This document shows, piece by piece, positions 17,396 through 26,764 of a DNA stretch of 64,000 nt (the stretch's first letter is position 1; every line of letters begins with the position of its first letter). The position numbers were made by a program, and so were the translations under genes. The notes below the pieces were generated by a model that ran no database searches, was not told the origin of the DNA, and worked only from the letters and a program-made list of their open reading frames with translations. Source of the stretch: Bacillota bacterium (GTDB lineage Bacteria; Bacillota; Dehalobacteriia; UBA4068). The stretch spans positions 12,520 to 76,519 of the forward strand of contig JAVBKT010000009.1 of assembly GCA_031553915.1 (NCBI GenBank). Direction: 5' to 3'.

Positions 17396-19798
17396 ATGCT
17401 ACGCATATTGAAACGTAAATCAATCTTATTTTTTGCACTGGTGCTTGTCCTTGTGCTGGCGCTGATGCCTCTGTCCGCTTCCGCGGCAGGGCCGATCACT
17501 ACCGAAGTGGCTCTTACAGAGGCAATTGAAGCGGCCTCTGGTTCCACCACACTGGAGCTCGGAGCAAACATCACCCTGAACTCTACGCTCGCGATCCCAG
17601 CCGGCAAGGACATCACTCTTATTGGCAGCTACAGCTTGATCGGCGCAGATGGGGTGGCGACCATCACTGTCAACGGCACCCTGACACTAGATGGCATAAC
17701 CGTTACCCACACGAGCGACGAGAGCGGCAGAGGGGTGCTTGTCAATAGCGACGGCGTCCTGATTCTGCAAAGCGGCGAGATTTCCGGCAATTCAGACACC
17801 GCAGCTACTGCACATGGCGGCGGGGTGTACCTAGACACAGACGCCACTTTTACGATGAATGGCGGTACCATTTCTGAAAACACCGCAACCGGCAATAGTG
17901 GCGGCGGCGTATTCATAGGTGCAGACGCCACTTTCTCGATGAGCGGTGGCACTCTTTCTGAGAACACAGGACACCACGGCGGTGGTATCTATAGCTCTGG
18001 CGGAACGATCACCCTGTCCGGCACTGCTGCAATAAATGAGAATATCGCCACCAAGGATGGCGGCGGCATATACAATGATAACGGCGCCGTTATTATGGAC
18101 GGCGGCACGATCAATACTAATACGGCTGTAGCCACCGGCGGCGGCGTGCGCAATAACGGTGAAGCAGCCTTCACGATGAATGGCGGCGAGATTTCCGGCA
18201 ACATCTCTGATGCAGATGTTGGCGGCGGCGTTTGTAATACCGACGGCGTGACCTTCACCCTGACTGGTGGTAAAATCACCAACAACACCTCCAATAGCTA
18301 TAGTGGCGGCGGCATCGCCAGCCGCGGATCCACTTTGATCATGAGCGGCGGCGAGATTTCCGGCAACACCGCGCCTGAAGGCGGCGGCGGTATATTGAGC
18401 TGGGAAGCGAACAGCAGCTTTACCATGAGTGGCGGCATCATTTCCGGCAACACTGCCACGAATAGCGACAGCAAGGGTGGCGGCGTATACAATTTTGGCC
18501 CCTCGGTCTTTATCATGACAGACGGCGCCATCACCGCTAACACCGCTGGCAGTGGCGGCGGGGTATATGAAGAAGCCAGTGGCACCTTCACCATGAGCGG
18601 CGGCGAGATTTCCGGCAATACGGCAGCTACCAGCGGCGGCGGCGTCTATACTGCTGATCCGCTGACCATCGGCGGCACAGCAAAGATCACAGATAATCTG
18701 CTCGCAGGCACAAATACTGCCAGCAATCTTTATCTTTGTGACGGCATCTACATCACCCCCGGCTCGGGCGATATTGCCCCGGTTGACGGCATGAGCGTAT
18801 CTGTGCAAACCGCAACTTCAAGCGGCGCATTCATCGCCTTCGGCGCAGGCACGGATGTTGTGCAGTATTTCACTTCTGACGACAGCAGCAAAGCCGCAAA
18901 AGTAGTGGGCGGCGAACTGGTGCTGGTGGATGCAGCGCAAATCACTATCACAGTTTATCAAAACAATAATCTTTGGCATAACCACGGCAAGGTATTTTAT
19001 CTGGAAGCGGACAGTGACCAGAGCCAATATCCGTGTATCGGCACCAATAGCACTGTGACTGTATCTGTCCCCATCGGAACATATTACCTCTACGACCAGG
19101 ATGGCTATACCAGAACTATGATCGAGGTTACAGATTTATCTCCCCTAACCACATCAGTCAATTACATTGAGTATGACCCCTCCCGCATTACCCCGATAGC
19201 CTTCGATGATACTACACCTGATGATACTACACCTGATGATCAGGGACGTCCTTTTGTTGATGTCCTTGCTACTGATTGGTTTGATGCTGATGTGATGTAT
19301 GTCTACGAAAAAGGACTCTTCCTCGGCACAGACGCCATTCATTTTTCACCTTACGGCATCACCACCCGCGGCATGACTGCTACCCTGCTCTGGCGGTTAG
19401 AGGGCAGTCCGGCGGCAACAACGGCAAACTCTTTCCTCGACGTTAACTCCGGCAGCTATTATCAACAGGCCATTGCCTGGGCAGCGGCGAACAACATTGT
19501 TACCGGCTACAGCAGCAGCCAGTTCGGCCCGGATGACCCGGTTACCCGTGAGCAGTTTGCGGCGATTCTCTACCGCTACGCTGCTTATAAGCAAATCGAC
19601 GTTTCCGCTCAGGCTGATCTTAGCGTCTTTAGCGATGCGGGCAATATCAGCAGCTATGCTGTGTCTGCAATCAAGTGGGCTGTTGCCGCCGAGCTCCTGC
19701 AAGGCAACAGCAATAACATGATCAACCCCTCTTTGCCAACTACGCGCTGCGAAGTGGCTGCCCTGCTCCACAGATTCTGTGAGCAAGTGGCAAAATAA
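17396..19798 (+). CDS. Secreted right-handed beta-helix repeat protein with three C-terminal SLH domains (cell-surface / S-layer associated)
   Basis: Signal peptide, then about 14 repeats of roughly 22 aa (GGxISxNTAxxxGGGVY), then three SLH modules (FVDVL…, FLDVN…, FSDAG…). Confidence 0.85.
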   Translation: MLRILKRKSILFFALVLVLVLALMPLSASAAGPITTEVALTEAIEAASGSTTLELGANITLNSTLAIPAGKDITLIGSYSLIGADGVATITVNGTLTLDGITVTHTSDESGRGVLVNSDGVLILQSGEISGNSDTAATAHGGGVYLDTDATFTMNGGTISENTATGNSGGGVFIGADATFSMSGGTLSENTGHHGGGIYSSGGTITLSGTAAINENIATKDGGGIYNDNGAVIMDGGTINTNTAVATGGGVRNNGEAAFTMNGGEISGNISDADVGGGVCNTDGVTFTLTGGKITNNTSNSYSGGGIASRGSTLIMSGGEISGNTAPEGGGGILSWEANSSFTMSGGIISGNTATNSDSKGGGVYNFGPSVFIMTDGAITANTAGSGGGVYEEASGTFTMSGGEISGNTAATSGGGVYTADPLTIGGTAKITDNLLAGTNTASNLYLCDGIYITPGSGDIAPVDGMSVSVQTATSSGAFIAFGAGTDVVQYFTSDDSSKAAKVVGGELVLVDAAQITITVYQNNNLWHNHGKVFYLEADSDQSQYPCIGTNSTVTVSVPIGTYYLYDQDGYTRTMIEVTDLSPLTTSVNYIEYDPSRITPIAFDDTTPDDTTPDDQGRPFVDVLATDWFDADVMYVYEKGLFLGTDAIHFSPYGITTRGMTATLLWRLEGSPAATTANSFLDVNSGSYYQQAIAWAAANNIVTGYSSSQFGPDDPVTREQFAAILYRYAAYKQIDVSAQADLSVFSDAGNISSYAVSAIKWAVAAELLQGNSNNMINPSLPTTRCEVAALLHRFCEQVAK
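19205..19234 (+). repeat. 15-bp tandem repeat x2 (gatgatactacacct) encoding a DDTTP-DDTTP linker inside the SLH protein
   Basis: Exact direct duplication seen in the sequence. Confidence 0.8.
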
Positions 19799-19835
19799 AA
19801 CAACTACTCGTTTTACCTCTGGTTGAAAAATAAAA

Positions 19836-19877
19836 AAAGCAAGCGGTCAGTTGCATAGCTGACCGCTTGCTTTTTAT
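19836..19877 (+). terminator. Bidirectional rho-independent terminator (aagcaagcggtcag / ctgaccgcttgctt plus TTTTT)
   Basis: 13-bp stem and T-run after the SLH protein gene. Confidence 0.8.
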
Positions 19878-19980
19878 GTATGATGCAGTTTTCTCCGGCT
19901 TTTCGGCCTCTTAGCCTCTCCTCTCGGCCAGACTATTTTTCTATCTTTAATGTAAAGAGCAGGCAAAAAAGTAAAAAAAC

Positions 19981-20271
19981 TCACTGATGGCTATCCATCA
20001 ATTCGCCGCTGTTGGTAAATGTTTCCGCCATCAACAGAACGCCGAGACGAAAGCCGTAGCTAAACTTTTGATATCTGGTGATGGCGTCAATCTCCGCTTC
20101 AGCGTCATTGAACTTTTCCAGAGTTTCTTTTTCCTGCTCGTTCAACGACTCCATCAGCTTTTCCCAATTCTTTTCGCGGAGATATATCAGCTCAGCAAAA
20201 GGCGAATCCTGACCATAAAACTTGACGTCCGGACGAATATTCCCATAGTACAGCTCTTCTAAAATCTGCAT
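19981..20271 (-). CDS. Hypothetical small protein (96 aa)
   Basis: ORF with no recognisable motif, located downstream of the frameshifted RHH ORF. Confidence 0.4.
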   Translation of the reverse strand: MQILEELYYGNIRPDVKFYGQDSPFAELIYLREKNWEKLMESLNEQEKETLEKFNDAEAEIDAITRYQKFSYGFRLGVLLMAETFTNSGELMDSHQ

Positions 20272-20306
20272 AATGATTTCCTTTCTTATTGTAGTTCCGA
20301 CAATGC

Positions 20307-20335
20307 TTGAAAGGAAGTGTGGCGCATGATATAAT
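20307..20335 (+). promoter_or_regulatory. Near-consensus sigma-A promoter TTGAAA-N17-TGaTATAAT on the plus strand, antisense to the flanking minus-strand genes
   Basis: The -35 TTGAAA lies at 20307-20312, followed by a 17-nt spacer and an extended -10 TGATATAAT ending at 20335. Confidence 0.5.
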
Positions 20336-20429
20336 ATTTACGCGACTGCCTTTGGTAGTTGTCGGCTATGAGAGAAGCGGTGTGTTTCTTGGTTGGGGCG
20401 CGCCGCTCTCTCTATTTCTTTTTGAGGTC

Positions 20430-20576
20430 GTCATGAACACGATGAACCCCTCGTCTGACGATTTCGGCTTTTGAAACCTCCAATGTTTTCACACAATCAT
20501 TTAGCTTTTCGGATGTTTCTTTATCAAGCCTCACCTTCAACGAGATATCTTTGGGGTTATCGGTAGGACGACCCAT
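20430..20576 (-). CDS. Ribbon-helix-helix (CopG/Arc-like) small DNA-binding protein ORF, apparently frameshifted
   Basis: The 48-aa ORF is MGRPTDNPKDISLKVRLDKETSEKLNDCVKTLEVSKAEI…. The +1 frame continues with a helix-like tail …VRRGVHRVHDDLKKK*. An extra T lies in the aattt run near 20460. Confidence 0.4.
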
Positions 20577-20720
20577 TTTTTTATTCCCCAATTACATCAC
20601 CTCACTTAATGGGGTCACTAATATTATAACTTACCGACGCCGCAAAGTCAACACCTTACAAATAAATTATTTTATATTAGAGAAAATCTCTCCACATCCA
20701 GACTGCCAACCCTTTAAAAT

Positions 20721-20755
20721 AACAAAGCTTGAAAACTAAGTTTTCAAGCTTTGTT
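20721..20755 (-). terminator. Terminator of the SLH/PstS-like gene (17-bp palindrome aacaaagcttgaaaact/agttttcaagctttgtt)
   Basis: Perfect inverted repeat with T-rich flanks on both strands. Confidence 0.7.
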
Positions 20756-20824
20756 ATTTTATTAAGCCCATCTTTTGATAAACGCTTACACTGCGCTTTG
20801 GTCAGCCCAATATATTCCCTTTTC

Positions 20825-22573
20825 TCAATTTGCTTTCAGCGGACCAAAGCCAGCGTTAACAACACATTCTTGACCGGCTTCGCTAAGCATGTATTTGACC
20901 ATCTGGCGGGCAGGCGCATCCTTTGGCGTATCTTTGCGCAAAGCAATATAGCTGTTGTTCGAGAGCGGATAGCTGCTGTCCGCAATGCTCTTGTCAGTGG
21001 GGTATATGCCATCTATGGCCAACAGCTTCAGCTCTGTCTTAGTGTCGTAGAACATATCCATGTTCTGATAATAATAGTAAATGCTGTAGCCCAGCGCATA
21101 ACCAAGCGGTTCTGTAGTTTTGGCGTTCATCACATCCGTGAGGACATTTGCCATAGAGACAGAGGTCGTCTCGTTTCTGATCTTCGCATTTATTTCGTGA
21201 CCGTACAGGAAATGGCGTTCCATCTGCGCATGGCTGCCGCTGTCATTATTTCGGCAATAAGGATAGAGCAGCGCATCCGGTCCGCCGATCTCCTTCCAGT
21301 TAGCATAGGTGTTGTCCACATATATCTTGCTGATCTGAGTCGAAGTTAGTCCGGTGGCGGGATTATCAGCATTGGTAAAGAAGATCATCGCATCATAGGC
21401 AATGGGGATCAGTTCCAGCTCAACGCCCTTTTCCTTTGCCAGTGCCAGGATGTCGCTGGCCGGATATACCGAGGCAAACACCATATCCACCTCGCCCGCG
21501 ATCAGCCGCTCATAGGAGGCGTAGCTCTTAGAGTGGGCGGCAGGCATCGCGGAATGCCGGTACCCATTGGAAAACAGGCTGCGGAAAACCTCTTGCGTAA
21601 AGGGATAGGTGGAGGTAGAGCCGTCAATAATCGGCATGGCCTGATCAAAACCGTACGCCACCGCAGCCTGCGAGGGATAGATCTGATAGCTCTCAATCAG
21701 CCGCCACAGCAGATGCGCCGCCTCAAAACGGGTCGCGGCCTTTTGCGGAGTGGCATAGTGCGCCATCACTACCTCACCCTCGGCGCCTACCTCCCCAGTC
21801 TCTACCCCGTCTGTGGGCACATCTGAGCCAAAAACAGCATAGGCAGGCAGCGCCCAAGCAGAGATAGTCTCCGCATCCCGCAGGGAATAGGCTGCGGTTA
21901 CGTCTTCGGCAGTCACCCTTTCATTTTTCTCCTGCAAACCCGCTGTCCACAGGGCCCGGGCGGCCATAGTCACAAATTCCTCGCGCGTCACCAGGCGGTT
22001 AGGGTTAAACAGCGTGGCTGAATCGCCCTGGATAATGCCATATGCTTTTGCTACTGCAACAACATCAGCATACCATTCTTCCGCCGGCACGTCGCTAAAG
22101 CCTGCCGGTTCAGCGTCTTTTGTCTCAAGACCAAGCATACGGATGATCATTGCCGTAGCCTCAGCGCGGGTAATATTGGCAAAGGGCAGCGCCTCGCCCT
22201 TGCTGTTCCCTTTGATGATGCCCTTATAAAAAAGTCTTTCCATCATGCTAAACTCGTACTGGGCGGAAATGTCGTCAGCAAAGGTGATCTCCTCGGCCAT
22301 AAAAGCCTCAATTTTCCGCTCGGCATTATCCGTTGGCGCCGTGGCAAAAAGTTGTCCGTCGTAATAATAGGACAAGGGGATTGGCGTTTTATCATCAATA
22401 TAGCGGGCGACCAGACGGTTGGATTCACTAAACCTAAGCTCTCCCCCTTGCGGGTAGGCGATGCTTAATACGGTGAACCCGCTATCTGTTTCCGCGGCAG
22501 CCAGCGCCGCCGGAGTGCTGATACCAAGCAACAGGACACAGCATACCATGATGTATAATATTTTCTTTTTCAT
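20825..22573 (-). CDS. Secreted protein with SLH domains fused to a PstS-like (PBP-like_2) phosphate/anion-binding domain
   Basis: Signal peptide; SLH-like segments (FSDVPAEEWYADVVAVAKAYGIIQG…); C-terminal domain IDGSTSTYPFTQEVF… typical of PstS-family binding proteins. Confidence 0.75.
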   Translation of the reverse strand: MKKKILYIMVCCVLLLGISTPAALAAAETDSGFTVLSIAYPQGGELRFSESNRLVARYIDDKTPIPLSYYYDGQLFATAPTDNAERKIEAFMAEEITFADDISAQYEFSMMERLFYKGIIKGNSKGEALPFANITRAEATAMIIRMLGLETKDAEPAGFSDVPAEEWYADVVAVAKAYGIIQGDSATLFNPNRLVTREEFVTMAARALWTAGLQEKNERVTAEDVTAAYSLRDAETISAWALPAYAVFGSDVPTDGVETGEVGAEGEVVMAHYATPQKAATRFEAAHLLWRLIESYQIYPSQAAVAYGFDQAMPIIDGSTSTYPFTQEVFRSLFSNGYRHSAMPAAHSKSYASYERLIAGEVDMVFASVYPASDILALAKEKGVELELIPIAYDAMIFFTNADNPATGLTSTQISKIYVDNTYANWKEIGGPDALLYPYCRNNDSGSHAQMERHFLYGHEINAKIRNETTSVSMANVLTDVMNAKTTEPLGYALGYSIYYYYQNMDMFYDTKTELKLLAIDGIYPTDKSIADSSYPLSNNSYIALRKDTPKDAPARQMVKYMLSEAGQECVVNAGFGPLKAN

Positions 22574-22969
22574 CGATACCCCTCCTTAAAAAGAACATCT
22601 AGTGACGTAAGCAGTGAGCAAAGCGGATGAGTTATTGATTCCACTCCCCATAATATAAGCATTACAGAGCAGCGGGAGCCTGTAAATACATGCAGCCAAA
22701 TCAAAATATCCGCATAGCTGTGATATTATACCATCGCCGCTTGCGGATATGCCTCCGTTGCCAAGAGGCGATCAAGTATATAAAATAGATGCTCCGCCCG
22801 GAATCGAAGCTTTTAATTTTGTAATATTATATCATACAGCAGATAAATTTACCATGTTCATTAAGGCAATATAGTGCACATCTTCGCCATAATATACATA
22901 AAATAAGGTATATAGTTTTAGGCAAAATACTCAGCTGTCATCTTAATGTCAGTTTTTGAAAGGGATAAA

Positions 22970-23593
22970 ATGAATAACTGCAAATATTATAAGTCTTTAT
23001 CCGGCCGTTGCTGTTTGCCGGGCTCTGCCTGCCCGCGTGCAATACCCGGCCCAACCGGCCCTAACGGCGCAACAGGTGCAACAGGCGCTACCGGGCCCAT
23101 GGGAGAGCCAGGTCCGGTTGGGCCAACCGGACCATCTGGGATGACTGGCGGCAAGCTTAGCTTTGACACCATCACGCCCATTCTGCTATCTCCCTCTAAT
23201 CGCGCCTTTGCGACTGAATGGCCTGTTATCCTTGAGGATTTTGGCCTTACCTTTGATTTGAGCAATCCGCAAAACCCTTCTTTTGGCGGCGGACCGGCAG
23301 TTTATACGCTTATTGTCAATCTGGCTGTGGGCATTGGCTCAAATTTCCCGGATGAGCAAATGAATTTAGACCTGTATGCCAATGGTGTTTTCCTTTCGCG
23401 AGATATTCTATATACGCCAAGCAATCCACCAAAAATCATGCTCTTTAAGATCACCACTCTCTATCAAAGTAGCGATGATCCTGTGACATTGCAGGTGCAA
23501 TTAACTTACCCTTTTAATGCGAATTTCGTATCGGCCTTAGTCTATCCTGCCGACTCCTACCTCACTGTCCAAAAATTTGTTTTTCCCGTCTAA
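22970..23593 (+). CDS. Collagen-like triple-helix repeat protein with a C-terminal globular domain (BclA-like exosporium/spore-surface protein)
   Basis: About 12 GXY triplets (GPTGPNGATGATGATGPMGEPGPVGPTGPSGMTGG), a Cys-rich N-terminus and a C-terminal domain of about 140 aa. Confidence 0.75.
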   Translation: MNNCKYYKSLSGRCCLPGSACPRAIPGPTGPNGATGATGATGPMGEPGPVGPTGPSGMTGGKLSFDTITPILLSPSNRAFATEWPVILEDFGLTFDLSNPQNPSFGGGPAVYTLIVNLAVGIGSNFPDEQMNLDLYANGVFLSRDILYTPSNPPKIMLFKITTLYQSSDDPVTLQVQLTYPFNANFVSALVYPADSYLTVQKFVFPV

Positions 23594-23723
23594 CTGGTCG
23601 ACAAACCTCTGTTCACCCTTATTGATGCCGGCAAGGGCCTAAATTCTTTGTTTGACAGTACCCCTGTTATAGGTCATAATAGAGATAGTTTTCGCTTGCA
23701 CTATTTTGACACAAGGGGATATT

Positions 23724-24620
23724 ATGGGAAGTTTGTTCAGCTCATGGCTGCGCTTACAAATACGTCTATTAAAACCGGTGTTGAACCATATGGATATCAA
23801 CAAAAGCCGGGCTGCTCAAGACCGCCTGGGGAATCTTGCCGAGCATGTGATGGCTGGCAAGGTCGATTTTGTCCCCATTGAGCACTATAATGATGACACT
23901 GCCTGCTGGGCTTTGCCGCACCATGCCCATGCGGATGCTGTCATCCTTTATCTGCATGGCGGCGGCTATGTGGCAGGTTCGCTCCCGTATGCCAAGCATT
24001 TTGGTGGTATGCTGGCTGCTGCATGTCAAAAAAACATTTTTTGCCTCGGCTATTCTTTAGCGCCGGAACACCCTTATCCCGCGGCCCTTGATGATGCATA
24101 TGCGGCATATCTGTATCTGCTGGAGCGGGGAATTCATCCCGGCAAAATTTCCCTGGTTGGCGAATCCGCCGGCGGCGGCTTAATTTTTTGCCTGCTACAT
24201 AAATTGATCAGCGAAAAACAACCCCTGCCTGCCGCAATCGTTGCTATTTCGCCATGGATGGATTTAACTTTATCCGGGGCATCCTATACCTATAACAAAA
24301 GAAAAGATATTACTCTTACCATCAAACAGCTGACAAGCTATGCCAACCACTATGCACCCCGCGACAAAACAAATAAATTTGTATCGCCGATTTTTGGCGA
24401 TTTTGATGGCTTCCCGCCGGGATTAATTATCGCCGGCGGCAATGAGCTTCTTTTGGATGACGCCTATCAGGCAGAAAAAAAATATCAGCAAGCAGGCGTA
24501 CAAGTGCAGCTGATTGTTGAGCCGAAAATGTGGCATGCCTATCCGCTTTATGCTACACCAGAGGCCAAGGAGGTATTAGTGAAAATTAATCACTTTATTG
24601 ACGCTAATATAATTGAGTGA
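23724..24620 (+). CDS. Alpha/beta hydrolase (esterase/lipase family, HGGG-type)
   Basis: HGGGY oxyanion-hole motif and GESAGGG nucleophile elbow (GxSxG). Confidence 0.85.
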   Translation: MGSLFSSWLRLQIRLLKPVLNHMDINKSRAAQDRLGNLAEHVMAGKVDFVPIEHYNDDTACWALPHHAHADAVILYLHGGGYVAGSLPYAKHFGGMLAAACQKNIFCLGYSLAPEHPYPAALDDAYAAYLYLLERGIHPGKISLVGESAGGGLIFCLLHKLISEKQPLPAAIVAISPWMDLTLSGASYTYNKRKDITLTIKQLTSYANHYAPRDKTNKFVSPIFGDFDGFPPGLIIAGGNELLLDDAYQAEKKYQQAGVQVQLIVEPKMWHAYPLYATPEAKEVLVKINHFIDANIIE

Positions 24621-24651
24621 ACCTCACCGTAAATTGATCAAAAAGGAAGGT

Positions 24652-25938
24652 ATGTCTTTGAGCGCACAACAAAAATGGATGAAACTTGATAACGCGGCGA
24701 CTATTTACCCGGCAGCCATGTCGCGCCGCTGGAACGCGCTATTTAGAGTCAGCATCAACCTTCAAGAACCAATAGATCCGCTCATTCTTCAAAAAGCCCT
24801 TGATCAGACCATGACCCGCTTCCCTCTTTTTGCCCACGGGTTAGGGAAGGGCTTTTTTTGGCATTATCTGGAGCCCTTAACAGACAAGCTGCTGGTAGAG
24901 AGCGATGTAGGCAACCCTTGTATGCGCATGAATTTTAAGGAAAACAAAGGGTTTATGCTCAGGGTTCGCTATTATGACACCCGCATTGCTGTGGAGTTTT
25001 TTCATGTCCTGACTGACGGTACCGGCGGGATGTGTTTTCTCAAAACATTGGCAGCGCAATATTTGCAGCTGAAATATGCTGTTGATATTCCCCGTGATAA
25101 TAAAACTATTCTTGATTGTGCCGCCTCGCCCCAAGAGTCAGAAAGCGAAGACGCCTTTCCCAAATACGCGCGCAACCTCACCCGCAGCCGCAGGGAAGCA
25201 GCAGCCTACCGCCTACCCGGCAGCGAAGAGAAAAATTTTATGCATATTGTCACCGGCCTGATTGACAGCGACGCTGCGCTGACTCTGGCCAGAAAATATA
25301 AGTCCAGCTTGACTGAATTTTTGACCGCCGTTTTAATTTTGGCTATCGATGATGTACAAAAAGCGCATAATCCTGTTATCCGGCGGCATAAACCGATTAA
25401 AATTTGCGTGCCGATCAATTTACGCAAATATTATCCCACTTCCACCCTGCGCAATTTTTCCTCTTTTGTCAACCCGGGGATTGAGCCCAAATACGGGCAA
25501 TATTCGCTGGAAGAGACCATCCAACAGGTTCATGCCTTTATGATGAAAGAAACTGATGAAAAGCTGCTGAACGCCCGCTTTACCTCTAATGTCCAAGCTG
25601 CCAATTTTCCGCTGCTGCGCGTGGTGCCGCTCTTTATCAAAAACCCTGCCTTAAAGGCCGCTTTTTTGATCAATGGCGATTTGCAATCTTCCAGCACACT
25701 GAGCAATTTGGGCAATATTGTTCTGCCGGATGCGATGCGCGAATATGTTGAGCGTATGGATTTTATGATCGGGCCTTTGAAGCGCAACCCGGTAGCTATG
25801 GCTTGTCTCAGCTGCAATGGGCAGCTTGTAATCAACCTTACCCGCAAAATCAGCGACTCTCCGGTAGAAAAAAACTTTTTCCGCAGGCTGGTTAAACTCG
25901 GCCTGCATGTAAAAATAGAAAGCAATACGAGGTGGTAA
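24652..25938 (+). CDS. HxxxD-motif acyltransferase (WS/DGAT / condensation-domain-like)
   Basis: FFHVLTDGTG matches the HHxxxDG motif of WS/DGAT and condensation-domain acyltransferases. It overlaps the esterase gene, indicating an operon. Confidence 0.6.
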   Translation: MSLSAQQKWMKLDNAATIYPAAMSRRWNALFRVSINLQEPIDPLILQKALDQTMTRFPLFAHGLGKGFFWHYLEPLTDKLLVESDVGNPCMRMNFKENKGFMLRVRYYDTRIAVEFFHVLTDGTGGMCFLKTLAAQYLQLKYAVDIPRDNKTILDCAASPQESESEDAFPKYARNLTRSRREAAAYRLPGSEEKNFMHIVTGLIDSDAALTLARKYKSSLTEFLTAVLILAIDDVQKAHNPVIRRHKPIKICVPINLRKYYPTSTLRNFSSFVNPGIEPKYGQYSLEETIQQVHAFMMKETDEKLLNARFTSNVQAANFPLLRVVPLFIKNPALKAAFLINGDLQSSSTLSNLGNIVLPDAMREYVERMDFMIGPLKRNPVAMACLSCNGQLVINLTRKISDSPVEKNFFRRLVKLGLHVKIESNTRW

Positions 25939-25939
25939 T

Positions 25940-26650
25940 ATGTCTTATTGCGTGAACTGCGGTGTGGAACTGGCAAAATCTGAACAGAACTGCCCCTTAT
26001 GCGGCACAGAGGTAGTTAACCCACTCGACCCTTGGAAGGAACCAAAAGCGCATCCTTATCCCGCTTATTTTGAAACAGTGGTGCGGGGGGTGGACCGCCG
26101 CTATTTTGCTTTTTTGATGGCTTTGGTGCTGATGATACCAGTATTAATCTGCATTTTGATTGATGTTTTTGCCATTCCTTCCACTGGCTGGTCCCTGTAT
26201 GTCGCCGGCGCAGTATTGCTGTTGATGACAGTGGTGCTGGTGCCGGTTATTGCCCGGGTGCAGCGGCCGGTGCTTTTCCTCATGCTTGATTTATTGGTCT
26301 TAGCCGCTTATCTCTATCTCATCGATTCCCGCGCCATTGGCGAAAGCTGGTTTATGTCTCTGGCCCTTCCGCTAGTACTCGCAGTAGGCCTGGCTATCCT
26401 GGCCGTTATTGTCTACTATCAATTGCGTAAAAAAAGAGGAATCCTCATTTCTTTTGCGGTATTTTTATTTGCCATCGGCGGCCTCAATGTGATGATTAAT
26501 ATCATTATCAACGCCTACCTCGATATTAACCCGCCTCTGGAATGGGCCTGGTATGTGCTAATCCCCAGCCTTTTGCTGGGATTCGCCGCTTTGCTGATTG
26601 ATAAGCAAAGAAAATGGAAAGAAAAAGTGAAAAAACGTTTATTCTTTTAA
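25940..26650 (+). CDS. Zinc-ribbon-containing integral membrane protein
   Basis: N-terminal CxxC…CxxC (CVNCG…CPLCG) followed by about 5 TM helices. Confidence 0.55.
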   Translation: MSYCVNCGVELAKSEQNCPLCGTEVVNPLDPWKEPKAHPYPAYFETVVRGVDRRYFAFLMALVLMIPVLICILIDVFAIPSTGWSLYVAGAVLLLMTVVLVPVIARVQRPVLFLMLDLLVLAAYLYLIDSRAIGESWFMSLALPLVLAVGLAILAVIVYYQLRKKRGILISFAVFLFAIGGLNVMINIIINAYLDINPPLEWAWYVLIPSLLLGFAALLIDKQRKWKEKVKKRLFF

Positions 26651-26671
26651 CCGCTCATCTGGCACAAGTAA

Positions 26672-26718
26672 AAAAACCCACCCTTTCTTTATTATTACCG
26701 CGCAAGGGTGGGTTTTTG
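26672..26718. terminator. Bidirectional terminator (aaacccaccctt / aagggtgggttt)
   Basis: 12-bp stem with an A-run before and a T-run after. Confidence 0.7.
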
Positions 26719-26764
26719 TGATGCCTTTTTCTGGCTTTGTGTATGTCTGTTTATCTTTACTTTG

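Noticed and set aside
17831-18808. 325-aa ORF on the minus strand inside the SLH beta-helix gene, plus other antisense ORFs such as 17989-18294 and 18298-18618
   Set aside because: These are artefacts of the GC-rich, Gly-codon-repetitive sense strand. The translated products are Pro/Ala-rich low-complexity, and they lie wholly within a strongly supported plus-strand gene.
17396-19798. Repetitive DNA that could be mistaken for a CRISPR array
   Set aside because: The repeats are imperfect, in-frame coding repeats of a beta-helix protein with no uniform spacers. No cas genes or true repeat-spacer arrays exist anywhere in the window.
20729-21349. 206-aa plus-strand ORF
   Set aside because: It is entirely antisense to the well-supported SLH/PstS-like gene (20825-22573), with no SD and low-complexity content.
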